Shown in pieces: positions 1 through 8,690 of a stretch of 64,000 nt of DNA (position 1 is the stretch's first letter; each line of letters begins with the position of its first letter). Position numbers and translations under genes: made by a program. Source of the DNA: a virus (lineage: Duplodnaviria; Caudoviricetes); the IMG/VR virus record IMGVR_UViG_2906976556_000001, positions 8,557 to 72,556 of that record. One strand, 5' to 3'. Below the pieces are notes generated by a model. The model was given only the letters and a program-made list of their open reading frames with translations, was not told the DNA's origin and did not search any database.

Positions 1-23
1 TTCGTCGATAGCGAGGATGTCCA

Positions 24-1886
24 TCAGGCGTTCACCGTCTCCCAGGAAGCGACGCGGCCGGAACCGTCGCGGGTGTAGGTCGTGATCTTTCCGGCCTTTG
101 TCTCGGATTGGATGCGGCCAGCAGAGTCACGGCCGTAGGTGACGGTAACGCCGTTCTCCACGGCTGAGGTGATCCGTCCGGCGCTGTCTCGGGTCAGGAC
201 GGCGGTCTCCACTTTCGGCGCATAACGTGCGTCACCTACCGTTGCGACGACCTCTGCGACGGCGGTTTCGTCCAGTCCTCCGACCGACTGCCTCACCAAT
301 GCCGCGGACACCGCGTCGCCGACGTGCGCCCACCCCGCCGTATTCGGGTGCAGCCCATCCGGGCCGAGCATGGTGGTCGGGTCCCACCCGGCTGCCGGGT
401 CGACCACCACCACGTTCGGGAATTCCTGCGCCAACACATCCGGGATCGACCGCAGATACGTCAGCAGTGCTGTCTTGCCGGTGTAGCCGGTGGCGGTGAC
501 TGCGACGGGTTTGATCCACACGATCGTCGGCGGTGTCTGCGACAGGGTGAGGAGGCAGTCGACGGCAGACACCGCGCCTGCGACACCGCCGGTGGTGAAC
601 GTCGCCCGCGCCGTCCCCGCCGACATGCCGTCGAGACGCACCACGACAGGTGCCACCCCCAGCGACGCCCGATACGTGGTAGCGCGGGCCTTCTCGTTCG
701 TGGCCTTCGTGAACGTGCGGCCGCCCTGCGTCACCGTCACCGTGCCCGTCTTGAATGCGGCACCGTCGCCGCCGAACACCGTCAGATACGAGGTGCCCGC
801 CGGGACCGGGAAATCCACATACGCGCCATCGTTGGTGGAGATGGCGTACGAGTCGCCCGACGCGCCGGCGTAGCCCATCGCCGTGTCCGACCACGCCGGT
901 GACGACGAATACGTCCAACCCGTCGACTCGGTCTTCGACGCAGACGACAAGATCGCGCACAGGGCGCGGGCCGACTCCAGGGCGGCGCCGCGGTTAGCCG
1001 CATCATCCGGGTCGGCCAGGTTGTTGCCGAGATCGTTGACGACCACCACACCGCTACCGGGGGTCCACTCGCCCACACCTGGGGAGAGGGCGGTGATCGC
1101 GGTGTCCTGCACCCGATGTCCGCCGACCGCACGATTCCCCGACAGAGAGAATCCGAACCGGGACGGCAGGGCCCCGAAGAACCCGGCCGCGTCCATCCAT
1201 GAATTCCCGTACCCGTACAGGGGGACGGCTGGGTACATGCCCGTCAGGGTGGCTTTCGACGCGATCTGATCCCGCACCTCCGGGGCGAGTTTCGCCTCGG
1301 TCACACCTTCGTCGGGGACGCCGCTGCCGCCCTCCGGAAGGGGAATCGGTTCGGAGAGCTCGGTGCCACTCGCGGTCTGGTATTCGATCGCGAACGCGGC
1401 ATCCTCCACCGGGACCGCGCCGACGACACCGAACCCGCGAGCACCACGCGACAGTTGCACCGCCGTCGAACCGGGTGCCACATTCACGTGATCGGCGAGG
1501 TTGATCTCCACACCCGGCTCTGCCCAGAAGTAGATCGGCGGCTGCTGCGGCAACACCTGCCCGCCATACGTGAGGTCCTTGAACGTTGCCTTCCACTGCA
1601 ACTGCGACACATTCGAGGTGGCACTCGTCGGCGCCGGCACCGTCACATAGTTGCGGTTCCGGTGCGAGATCTCGCCCGTCAATCCGATGTCGGCGGTGAA
1701 CGGTGCGACGACCTTGATCTTCATCTGCCCGTTGTCGTCGACCTGCACCGGCTTACCCGGGTCGAGCATCGGCTCGAAGATCACCCGCCCCGACGCGGGA
1801 ACATCGTCGTAGACGTCGTCGTCGTCGACACCGTCGATGATGAACACGCCGATGTTGACGCGGACAGTGGTGAATCCAACGGCCAT
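24..1886 (-). CDS. Minor tail/receptor-binding-like protein with SGNH (GDSL-like) hydrolase domain and C-terminal YD-like repeats
   Basis: SGNH-like blocks YGYGNSW, NDLGNN, DGLHPN; C-terminal (T/G)RDxxGR repeats; follows other minor tail genes. Confidence 0.65.
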   Translation of the reverse strand: MAVGFTTVRVNIGVFIIDGVDDDDVYDDVPASGRVIFEPMLDPGKPVQVDDNGQMKIKVVAPFTADIGLTGEISHRNRNYVTVPAPTSATSNVSQLQWKATFKDLTYGGQVLPQQPPIYFWAEPGVEINLADHVNVAPGSTAVQLSRGARGFGVVGAVPVEDAAFAIEYQTASGTELSEPIPLPEGGSGVPDEGVTEAKLAPEVRDQIASKATLTGMYPAVPLYGYGNSWMDAAGFFGALPSRFGFSLSGNRAVGGHRVQDTAITALSPGVGEWTPGSGVVVVNDLGNNLADPDDAANRGAALESARALCAILSSASKTESTGWTYSSSPAWSDTAMGYAGASGDSYAISTNDGAYVDFPVPAGTSYLTVFGGDGAAFKTGTVTVTQGGRTFTKATNEKARATTYRASLGVAPVVVRLDGMSAGTARATFTTGGVAGAVSAVDCLLTLSQTPPTIVWIKPVAVTATGYTGKTALLTYLRSIPDVLAQEFPNVVVVDPAAGWDPTTMLGPDGLHPNTAGWAHVGDAVSAALVRQSVGGLDETAVAEVVATVGDARYAPKVETAVLTRDSAGRITSAVENGVTVTYGRDSAGRIQSETKAGKITTYTRDGSGRVASWETVNA

Positions 1887-1958
1887 GTCAGACTCCGATC
1901 CAGATAGGTGTGGGCATGGCGGTACTCCAATCGCGAGACAAGGGGAGGGGGATCGGAA

Positions 1959-2795
1959 TCAGACGACGGTGAGGACGAGATAGGTGGAGGCAGTGATGGT
2001 GCCGCGGCCCGAGTTCGGTGACGTGACGGACGCTTCGAGGTGGGCGACCTCGCCGGTGCCGGTGAACGTCCCGGTGCGGGTGGTGGTGGTCGTCGTGTTC
2101 GCGATGGTGACCGAGTCGACGACCGTCGAGCCGTTCACCAGCCGCATCGACTGGGTGTTGCCGGTGCCCGCCGCGGACGACACAGCGAGCCGATACTCGT
2201 AGGAGGCCACCACACCGGCGGGCACTCGGATACCGTCGCCGTCGACGATGACCGTCGCCGGGTACCCGGAGCGGACAGCCCACGGGGACAGCCGCGTCCA
2301 CACGTTGGCGGACGTGAGGATCTGGTTGCCGGACTTGTCGATGCCCTGGTTCGCGAGCACGTACTGCGACACCGCGACGTCGAACTGCAGCGTTGGCGCC
2401 ACCTCCACGACAGGGGCTGTGGCAGCGGTGACGTCGAAGTCGAAGGTCGGCGCGGCCGGCGCGACGGGCACAGTCGACGGGTCGACCGTCAGGGGAAGCT
2501 CAGCGGCCACGGCCATCGTGTACGTGCCACCTGTCGGCTGCTGAATCACCGTCACGTCGAACGGAAGCTCGGCGGACGCCGGGAGGAAGATGATCGGGGT
2601 CTGCGCCACCGCGACATCGAAGAACAGGTCGGCCGCGACATCCTGCAGAACCGCCTTCTGCGGTTGCCTCGGCACCGTGTCCGGCGGCGCCTGCGACACC
2701 GTCATGAACGGGCGCGCCGCCACACTCGACGACCGCGCCGGTCTCGGAATGGCCGTGACCGGGATAGTCGGCCGGGCGGCGGTGGACGAATCCAC
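1959..2795 (-). CDS. Putative minor tail protein
   Basis: GTG start just after the 2798 stop; Thr/Val-rich repeats like (L/F)xFDV(T/A)V; context. Confidence 0.55.
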   Translation of the reverse strand: MDSSTAARPTIPVTAIPRPARSSSVAARPFMTVSQAPPDTVPRQPQKAVLQDVAADLFFDVAVAQTPIIFLPASAELPFDVTVIQQPTGGTYTMAVAAELPLTVDPSTVPVAPAAPTFDFDVTAATAPVVEVAPTLQFDVAVSQYVLANQGIDKSGNQILTSANVWTRLSPWAVRSGYPATVIVDGDGIRVPAGVVASYEYRLAVSSAAGTGNTQSMRLVNGSTVVDSVTIANTTTTTTRTGTFTGTGEVAHLEASVTSPNSGRGTITASTYLVLTVV

Positions 2796-2797
2796 TG

Positions 2798-3163
2798 TCA
2801 GCCCTGCGGCGCCGAGAACGTGGCCGTGATCCGGACCTTCGACGGGCCCGGGTATTGGATGTTCGAGATCGGCACCGCCCACTTGAACGTCGACCCCGAC
2901 CAGCACCCCAGATGCGTCGGCGTGACGACGGTAGCGGGGGCGACCGGTCCGGGAATGTTGAACTCGACCTCGCTGCCGGCCACCGCCCCATCGACCGCAC
3001 CAGCGGTCCACGTCGTCGCCACCCGGGAGTAGGAGCCGCCCGAGATTTCGTTGGCGCCGGTCGTTCCCGGGTCGCCGGTGTGCAGACTCAGCGAATTGCC
3101 TTGGCTGGTCGCCCACACCGCAGCGCCCTCACGGAAATCGGCGGTCATCTTTATAGCAGCCAT
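2798..3163 (-). CDS. Minor tail/tail-fibre-associated protein
   Basis: LSLHTGDPGTTGANEISGGSYSR motif, common in actinophage tail accessory proteins; good RBS. Confidence 0.65.
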   Translation of the reverse strand: MAAIKMTADFREGAAVWATSQGNSLSLHTGDPGTTGANEISGGSYSRVATTWTAGAVDGAVAGSEVEFNIPGPVAPATVVTPTHLGCWSGSTFKWAVPISNIQYPGPSKVRITATFSAPQG

Positions 3164-3164
3164 G

Positions 3165-3506
3165 TCAGTCTTTCCTTCTCACGGTTCCGCGGTACCAGCA
3201 GAAGTCGAATGTGTCGGTGATCGGGGCGACGGCCGGGTAGTGCACCATCAGCCGATAGCGGTAGCGGGCGGGTACACCGTCGAGGTCCTCGGACTGCACC
3301 CAGAATTCGATGTAGTTGTCGGTGACAGACTCGGCCGGCCACGTCGCGAGGACGGGAGAGCCGGGCTTGTCGTCTTTCGTGACCTGAATTTCGGCTGTCG
3401 TTCCGGTGGGGAACGCGGTGTCCGACTGGGCTTTGTTGTAGCGGTGCGCCCAGTCAGCGCCTCGGGTCAGGATTAGGTCGTCAACGATGGGGTCGTAGCC
3501 GCTCAC
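3165..3506 (-). CDS. Hypothetical virion-associated protein
   Basis: GTGA overlap with upstream stop; position after the lysis cassette. Confidence 0.55.
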   Translation of the reverse strand: MSGYDPIVDDLILTRGADWAHRYNKAQSDTAFPTGTTAEIQVTKDDKPGSPVLATWPAESVTDNYIEFWVQSEDLDGVPARYRYRLMVHYPAVAPITDTFDFCWYRGTVRRKD

Positions 3507-3811
3507 GAGGCCCTCCTCCAAGATTGGATCTCGCGGTGCCGCGTTCGCGCCGTCGCCTGATCAATGGACTGGTCGATAAGACCGAGCACGAGATCGGACA
3601 AGGCGTCGCACTTGCGGGAGCAGAGATCGAGGTCGGCGATCGCCTTGTCGAGACGCTCGTCGGCGAACTTCACCGATCCGGCGTACATGTTGGCGATGAT
3701 CTGGTTCGTGTCAGCTGAGTTGCGGCGACGGTCTTTCAGCCAAGTCAGCGTGAGGGTGAGAGCTGCGGTCACACCCGAGGCGCCGACCAGCTGTATGACC
3801 GTCCCTAGCAT
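3503..3811 (-). CDS. Lysis-cassette membrane protein (1 TM plus predicted coiled coil)
   Basis: N-terminal hydrophobic helix followed by KDRRR; last gene of the lysis cassette. Confidence 0.65.
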   Translation of the reverse strand: MLGTVIQLVGASGVTAALTLTLTWLKDRRRNSADTNQIIANMYAGSVKFADERLDKAIADLDLCSRKCDALSDLVLGLIDQSIDQATARTRHREIQSWRRAS

Positions 3812-4260
3812 TCGCGCCTCTTTCGCTCGGCCTCACGGAACGTGTCGGAGATTTCGAAGACGCGGTACGCGCAGTACGTTCCGACGCCGATGACGAGCCA
3901 GACGCCGGATGAGGTCGGCGGTCCGGAGTTGTAGTCCACGACGGACATCACGTAGATCAGTGAGGAGAACGCGACCAGGACGGCGCCTACGCGTTCGATG
4001 CCCATAGCCGCGCTGATGTCCCGCCAGCCGATCGTGAGCGACGCCAACGTCACTGCTCCGCCGAGGAATTGCATCCACATGTAGACGATGTCGGTCCACT
4101 CGGGCGAGTTCGTCGCCGACACCGATCCCGGCACTTTGCCTGTGATCAGTTGGAAGGCACCCGAAATGGTGAGCATCAGCATGCAGATGCGGTACAGCGG
4201 CCAGCTGCCCGAGATGACCTTGCGGCCACCGAGCATGAACATCCATGCGCGGCGCAACAT
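3805..4260 (-). CDS. Lysis-cassette membrane protein (~4 TM)
   Basis: ATG at 4260 overlapping upstream stop; several hydrophobic segments. Confidence 0.65.
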   Translation of the reverse strand: MLRRAWMFMLGGRKVISGSWPLYRICMLMLTISGAFQLITGKVPGSVSATNSPEWTDIVYMWMQFLGGAVTLASLTIGWRDISAAMGIERVGAVLVAFSSLIYVMSVVDYNSGPPTSSGVWLVIGVGTYCAYRVFEISDTFREAERKRREC

Positions 4261-4688
4261 CACAGCCGCCCTGGAACTTTGACGGCCGATCGCAGCGCCA
4301 TCAGCAGACACAGCGACAGGTAGACCAGTGCTCCCGGCGCGCCGAATGGGCTTTGCGATTCGACGACGTCGAACAGGAACGATCCTCCGAAGAACAGGAA
4401 CCACAACACCATCACCGTCGCGCCGACGATGATCAGCCGGTGCCGGTCCAATAGTTGACCGCTGATCACGCAGATGCCCGCGGCCATCGCGACGAGACCC
4501 CAGGACTGCGGTGCGTACGGAACCGACAGGGCCGTCCCGTACACGTGAGATGGGCCGTCCCACAGTGCTTCACCGAACACGAGCGTGAGCGCGCCGTAGC
4601 CGATCGCGATCGCACCGAGAACGAGGGTCGCCGTCCTCGCGAAGAACAGCAGATCCTTCAGCAGGATTGCTATCGAGTGAGGGCTCAT
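4260..4688 (-). CDS. Lysis-cassette membrane protein (~4 TM)
   Basis: MSPHSIAILL start with ATGA overlap; four hydrophobic segments. Confidence 0.65.
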   Translation of the reverse strand: MSPHSIAILLKDLLFFARTATLVLGAIAIGYGALTLVFGEALWDGPSHVYGTALSVPYAPQSWGLVAMAAGICVISGQLLDRHRLIIVGATVMVLWFLFFGGSFLFDVVESQSPFGAPGALVYLSLCLLMALRSAVKVPGRL

Positions 4689-5137
4689 AGACCCACCTTC
4701 GGCGGCTTGATCGCCAGCTTGTTCTGTACGAGGCTGACGAGCGCGGTTCCGACGGCGCCGACGCCGAGCCCAATGGCGATCTTCCAATCGGAGGCGGAGG
4801 TGTAGTCGAAGCCTGGATCGGCGATCGACTGCACCACTGCGGTACCGAATGCGATGACGACGGCCGAAATGATGCCTTGCAGAAGTGTGCGCCAGGCACG
4901 CGACGCGGCTTGTGCTTTGATCCAGCCGACCGGGTCGAAGTCGCCGTCCTCGGTGATCACCGGCGTCGAGGCCGGGAATTGAGTGACAGCTGCGTCGAGA
5001 CGTGCCCGAGCTTCTGTTTCGACGCGGGCGGCCGCGTCAGCGATGACCTGCTCGGCGCGCACACGGACCGCGTCGAGTTCAGTGCCGACCTTCGCCAAGA
5101 CCTCGCGGGTGACGATCTCCGCTACGGTGTCGCCCAT
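4685..5137 (-). CDS. Holin
   Basis: RAWRTLLQG followed by two TM helices, typical of actinophage holins; directly after lysin A. Confidence 0.75.
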   Translation of the reverse strand: MGDTVAEIVTREVLAKVGTELDAVRVRAEQVIADAAARVETEARARLDAAVTQFPASTPVITEDGDFDPVGWIKAQAASRAWRTLLQGIISAVVIAFGTAVVQSIADPGFDYTSASDWKIAIGLGVGAVGTALVSLVQNKLAIKPPKVGL

Positions 5138-5922
5138 CACTTGCCTGCTTTCAACGCGGTGATGATGATGTCGAGTTTCTGCTCGATGCGTGCGTTCTGC
5201 TCGATCGAGAAGTTGTTCTGCTGGATGACGCGGCCGAGTGCGTCGACGATGGACCGCTTCGACTGGAGGAAATCGCCCAGCTGGGGCCAGCCTCGTTTGC
5301 CGTCGTCGCCTTCCGGCCCCATGACCTGTTCGAAAACTCCTGCGGCGTCTGCCATGTCGTCCTCCTGAGGAAGTAGTGCGTCGCCGAGCCGGAGTGCTCG
5401 GTCGTATCTGGCTTGCCGATCAGGCATGCCGTTCGGTGTAGGAACCCAGCCGTTCACGCAGCGCGAGACCGCGAGGATGTCGCCGGCGTCGGCGAACGAA
5501 TTGATCTCCCCGGCGCGGGGACCGCCGCGCAGCCAGTACCAGGACGCGGCGAGGAACCCCCAACGTGGTTGCTCGACGAGTTCGGGTCGCTCGACGAACA
5601 ATTCGGGATTGTCGATGTAACCGACGTCGTGACACCACGTTCCGAACTTGCGGTAGTTCGACTGCCAGGTGAGTTGGATGGGGCCGCGCCCGCGGTAGCG
5701 TGTGCGGTCCCACGACCAGTCGTGCCCGGACGTCTGGATCTCGGCCATGTACCGCAGGCCCGCCGACTCGTGTCCGATCTGGCTGCACCACGCCGCTGCC
5801 CGCCTGACGGTGTCGATCTGCGCCGCGCGCATTGCCTCCTCGAAGTGCGGGAGGTAGGCGGCGATGGTCGCGTCGGACACGTAGGTTTCCTGCATCGCAG
5901 CGCGGAGCGTCTGTGCGTCCAT
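5137..5922 (-). CDS. lysA: Lysin A, glycoside hydrolase family 19 (chitinase-like) subunit
   Basis: SQIGHESAGL and YRGRGPIQLTWQSNY GH19 motifs; TGATG coupling. Confidence 0.9.
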   Translation of the reverse strand: MDAQTLRAAMQETYVSDATIAAYLPHFEEAMRAAQIDTVRRAAAWCSQIGHESAGLRYMAEIQTSGHDWSWDRTRYRGRGPIQLTWQSNYRKFGTWCHDVGYIDNPELFVERPELVEQPRWGFLAASWYWLRGGPRAGEINSFADAGDILAVSRCVNGWVPTPNGMPDRQARYDRALRLGDALLPQEDDMADAAGVFEQVMGPEGDDGKRGWPQLGDFLQSKRSIVDALGRVIQQNNFSIEQNARIEQKLDIIITALKAGK

Positions 5923-6509
5923 CAGCGCGGACCCAGGAATTGATCTTCGATCAGCGCCCACGTCTCAGCCTGGGCGTCGACCACTGGAACAGGTGCACCA
6001 GTGGGTGCTGCGCTGTAGCCCTTCGGTGTGATCATCGACGCCAGCTTCTCGACCGTGAACCAGTACTCGGAGTAGCCGCCGAAGCGGGCCGGGTCCGCGA
6101 CGTACACCTGACGCCCGTCCGGCTCGTAGCCCATCACCGTGAAGTAGTGATAGATCGTGTAATTCGGGTAGCCAGGTGGATGGTTCGATGCCGGGGCGAC
6201 GATGTTCGCGACGACCCCGTTGCCGCCGTCGATCGACCGGACGATGTCGTCCCACAGTCGGTCCACCTGTGCACGCGTCGGCGGATCGTTCGGCATCTCG
6301 ACGGTGATGTACGGGCGCCCGGAGCGGCGCTGCAGCACTTGGCTGATCTGCCCGATCCAGTCGGTGCCGTTCGTCGTTGTCCCGAGCTCCAGCGCGAGAT
6401 CACGTTCAGCGACATCGATACCGAACCCGGTCAGGACGATCTGCGTCGACGCTGGGCCGCACCAGAATCCAGTCTCCTGAGGGGTGTTGCTGTGCTTGAG
6501 GATCGGCAT
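5922..6509 (-). CDS. lysA: Lysin A, C39-like cysteine peptidase subunit
   Basis: QETGFWCGPAS (catalytic Cys), HYFTVMGY (His), VADPA (Asp). Confidence 0.88.
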   Translation of the reverse strand: MPILKHSNTPQETGFWCGPASTQIVLTGFGIDVAERDLALELGTTTNGTDWIGQISQVLQRRSGRPYITVEMPNDPPTRAQVDRLWDDIVRSIDGGNGVVANIVAPASNHPPGYPNYTIYHYFTVMGYEPDGRQVYVADPARFGGYSEYWFTVEKLASMITPKGYSAAPTGAPVPVVDAQAETWALIEDQFLGPR

Positions 6510-6709
6510 CAGGACTCCTGAAAGACTCGGAGAATGGTTTCGGCGGTGGTGAAGTCGACCGAGGTGGATGAGGTGGCGCCGGGCTTGGACCGGGCCGCCA
6601 TGACCGCCACTACATCGGGGACTGTGACGCCGCAGATTTCGGCGACCTTCGACACCGTCTGCGACGCTTTGAACGGGGACGCCTGCTCCTTGGTGCGGAT
6701 GAAGCTCAC
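6509..6709 (-). CDS. Hypothetical protein
   Basis: GTG start overlapping upstream stop; coupled to lysin. Confidence 0.5.
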   Translation of the reverse strand: MSFIRTKEQASPFKASQTVSKVAEICGVTVPDVVAVMAARSKPGATSSTSVDFTTAETILRVFQES

Positions 6710-7062
6710 GGCTCCACCTCCGCGGTGGGCTCTACCTTGACGTCGGGGTCGCCCGGAGGCGTCTCTTCCACCGGAGGCTTCTCGCCGATTTCGTAGCCGA
6801 TCTCGGCCAGAGCTTCCGCATGTGTGCACAGCGGGAACGGGATGGACAGCGCGAGCGAGTTATCGACCCCGGTTTGAGTTATCACCTGCCCGTCGAGCAA
6901 CTGGCCAGGCGCGATGCGGGTCTCCCGCAGCCCGAATGCAGCCCAGTCGATTCGCGACACAATCAGGTAGTCGGCGCCGCTATATGGCTCGGACAGTTCG
7001 TAGCCGTAAGCCTCACCGGCTTTCCCCGGTATTTGTTCGGTAATCCGATATGCGACAGGCAT
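6706..7062 (-). CDS. Hypothetical protein
   Basis: Good RBS (GAGGA), tight packing in the operon. Confidence 0.6.
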   Translation of the reverse strand: MPVAYRITEQIPGKAGEAYGYELSEPYSGADYLIVSRIDWAAFGLRETRIAPGQLLDGQVITQTGVDNSLALSIPFPLCTHAEALAEIGYEIGEKPPVEETPPGDPDVKVEPTAEVEP

Positions 7063-7064
7063 AT

Positions 7065-8066
7065 TCAGTCCTCAAGTTTCGTGTATTCGATGAGAGTGAC
7101 GCGGCCGTCGGAGGCCAGACCGCCCTCTCCGTCCGTCGAGCCGATACCGTGGCCACGTCCGCCGCCACCGCCACCAGGGCCTGACGGGTAGCCGCCGTTG
7201 CCGCCCTTGCCGCCGACAGTTCCGGCGAGCTGCGTTCCGCCGCCGCCGCCACCGCCGCCGCCATTACCGCGGGCCACAGGACTCAGAACTGCGTCCTGGC
7301 CGTCGGATCCGGCTCGGGTCCCGCCGGTAGATCCGCCTGCGCCTCCAGCAGCGAATGCAGATGAGCCTCCCTGCTCGCCGCCGGTGGGCGCGTCACCCGT
7401 GACAGGGTCGGACCCGTCCCCGCCTTTGCCGCCGCGCTCAGTAGCCGAATTCGAGATCACCGCTCCCTCGACCGAGAGAATGGCGCCGACCCCCGGCACG
7501 GACACGACGTGGTTTCCGAAGCGGGACACCCCACCCAGCTGTGACGGAATCTGGCCGCCCGCTCCGATCACCACTTCTTCAGTGGCGCCGAGGTCGTGCT
7601 CGATCGCTGCGAGCTCGAACCATTGGAATCGGTAGCCGCCCGACAGTCCGCCGAGACCGCCGACGCGGGCAGTGACCGTCGAACCGGACCGGCCCGCGTG
7701 CCCGCCACCTTCGACTGCGACACCCAGCCGGATCAATCCAGGTGGTTTCGTCCAAATGCTGTTGAACGCGTAGGTGCGGACGGTGACCGCGCCGCCTTCC
7801 AACAGTTCGACACGGTTCTCCAGGCTGGTGAGATCCTCGGTGATCTCGCCCGCTTGTGTGACCTGCTCGTCGAGGACCGCGTTGAAGTTCAGGATCCAGT
7901 CGGCGATGCCCGCGAACAGGCCACCGAACAGGCCTTGCGCGATGCCGAACCCGCCGATCTGCTGCCGCAGACCCGCGCGAATCGATTCCTCGGACTGCCC
8001 TTGCGCATCCGAGACGGTGCCCTCGACATACGCCTCAGATGGCGGATTCCCGACCGGATAGGTCAC
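7065..8066 (-). CDS. Minor tail protein, glycine-rich
   Basis: WTKPPG...GGG and G-rich GGxGG C-terminus; context. Confidence 0.75.
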   Translation of the reverse strand: MTYPVGNPPSEAYVEGTVSDAQGQSEESIRAGLRQQIGGFGIAQGLFGGLFAGIADWILNFNAVLDEQVTQAGEITEDLTSLENRVELLEGGAVTVRTYAFNSIWTKPPGLIRLGVAVEGGGHAGRSGSTVTARVGGLGGLSGGYRFQWFELAAIEHDLGATEEVVIGAGGQIPSQLGGVSRFGNHVVSVPGVGAILSVEGAVISNSATERGGKGGDGSDPVTGDAPTGGEQGGSSAFAAGGAGGSTGGTRAGSDGQDAVLSPVARGNGGGGGGGGGTQLAGTVGGKGGNGGYPSGPGGGGGGRGHGIGSTDGEGGLASDGRVTLIEYTKLED

Positions 8067-8680
8067 AGACCCTTCCAATCCGGGTAGTTCAGAATCTTGT
8101 CGCGGCGCTTACCGAGCATCTCCAACGCGAGGACCCGGCGGCGCTCGGTGTCGTCCTGGCCGAGGAGGTAGCCCTTCACCTCGGACGGCGTCCATTCCGT
8201 CGGGTTGAATGTCTTCGGCGGGTCGGTTTCCACCGTCGCGGTGGCGGGCCCCTCCGCCTCCTCGGGCGGGCGGAATCCCTTGTCCAGCAGCTGCTGGAAG
8301 TGCACCTGATTCTGTTCGGTGGTGAATGCGTCCATGTCCTGCGCCACCATCGGCACCGAATCCGGCTCGTCGAAGTCGACCCACTGCGAAGTGTTGTTCA
8401 GCGTGTGATGCTGGCCCATCGCCGGGAGCTTCAGCTTCTTCGTCTGCACCGGAAGCTTCGACACATGGATGTTGCCGTCGGCGTCGGCGAGCGTATGCAG
8501 GTCGGAGACATGCACATACCCGCCCTCCGGGATGCGTTCGGACAACACCTCGAGACTGTCGTCGTCCGGGGTGTAGCGGGCGGTGGCGCCGTACACCATC
8601 GACCCGACGAACAACCACTGGTGACGCTTCTTCGGATCCTCTTGGGCGAGGCACCACTGCTGAGTAGGTATGCGCGGCAA
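8063..8680 (-). CDS. Minor tail protein (DUF2744-like)
   Basis: Position after the baseplate gene; RIPTQ...DP...HQWLF N-terminus. Confidence 0.6.
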   Translation of the reverse strand: MPRIPTQQWCLAQEDPKKRHQWLFVGSMVYGATARYTPDDDSLEVLSERIPEGGYVHVSDLHTLADADGNIHVSKLPVQTKKLKLPAMGQHHTLNNTSQWVDFDEPDSVPMVAQDMDAFTTEQNQVHFQQLLDKGFRPPEEAEGPATATVETDPPKTFNPTEWTPSEVKGYLLGQDDTERRRVLALEMLGKRRDKILNYPDWKGL

Positions 8681-8690
8681 CGTGACCCCC

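Noticed and set aside
1925-1945. Fifth GCGAU hairpin upstream of the SGNH tail gene
   Set aside because: GCGAT is present but the flanks do not form a closing stem comparable to the other four
7090-7450. Tandem repeat or collagen-like element
   Set aside because: Explained by glycine codon runs of an ordinary glycine-rich minor tail protein
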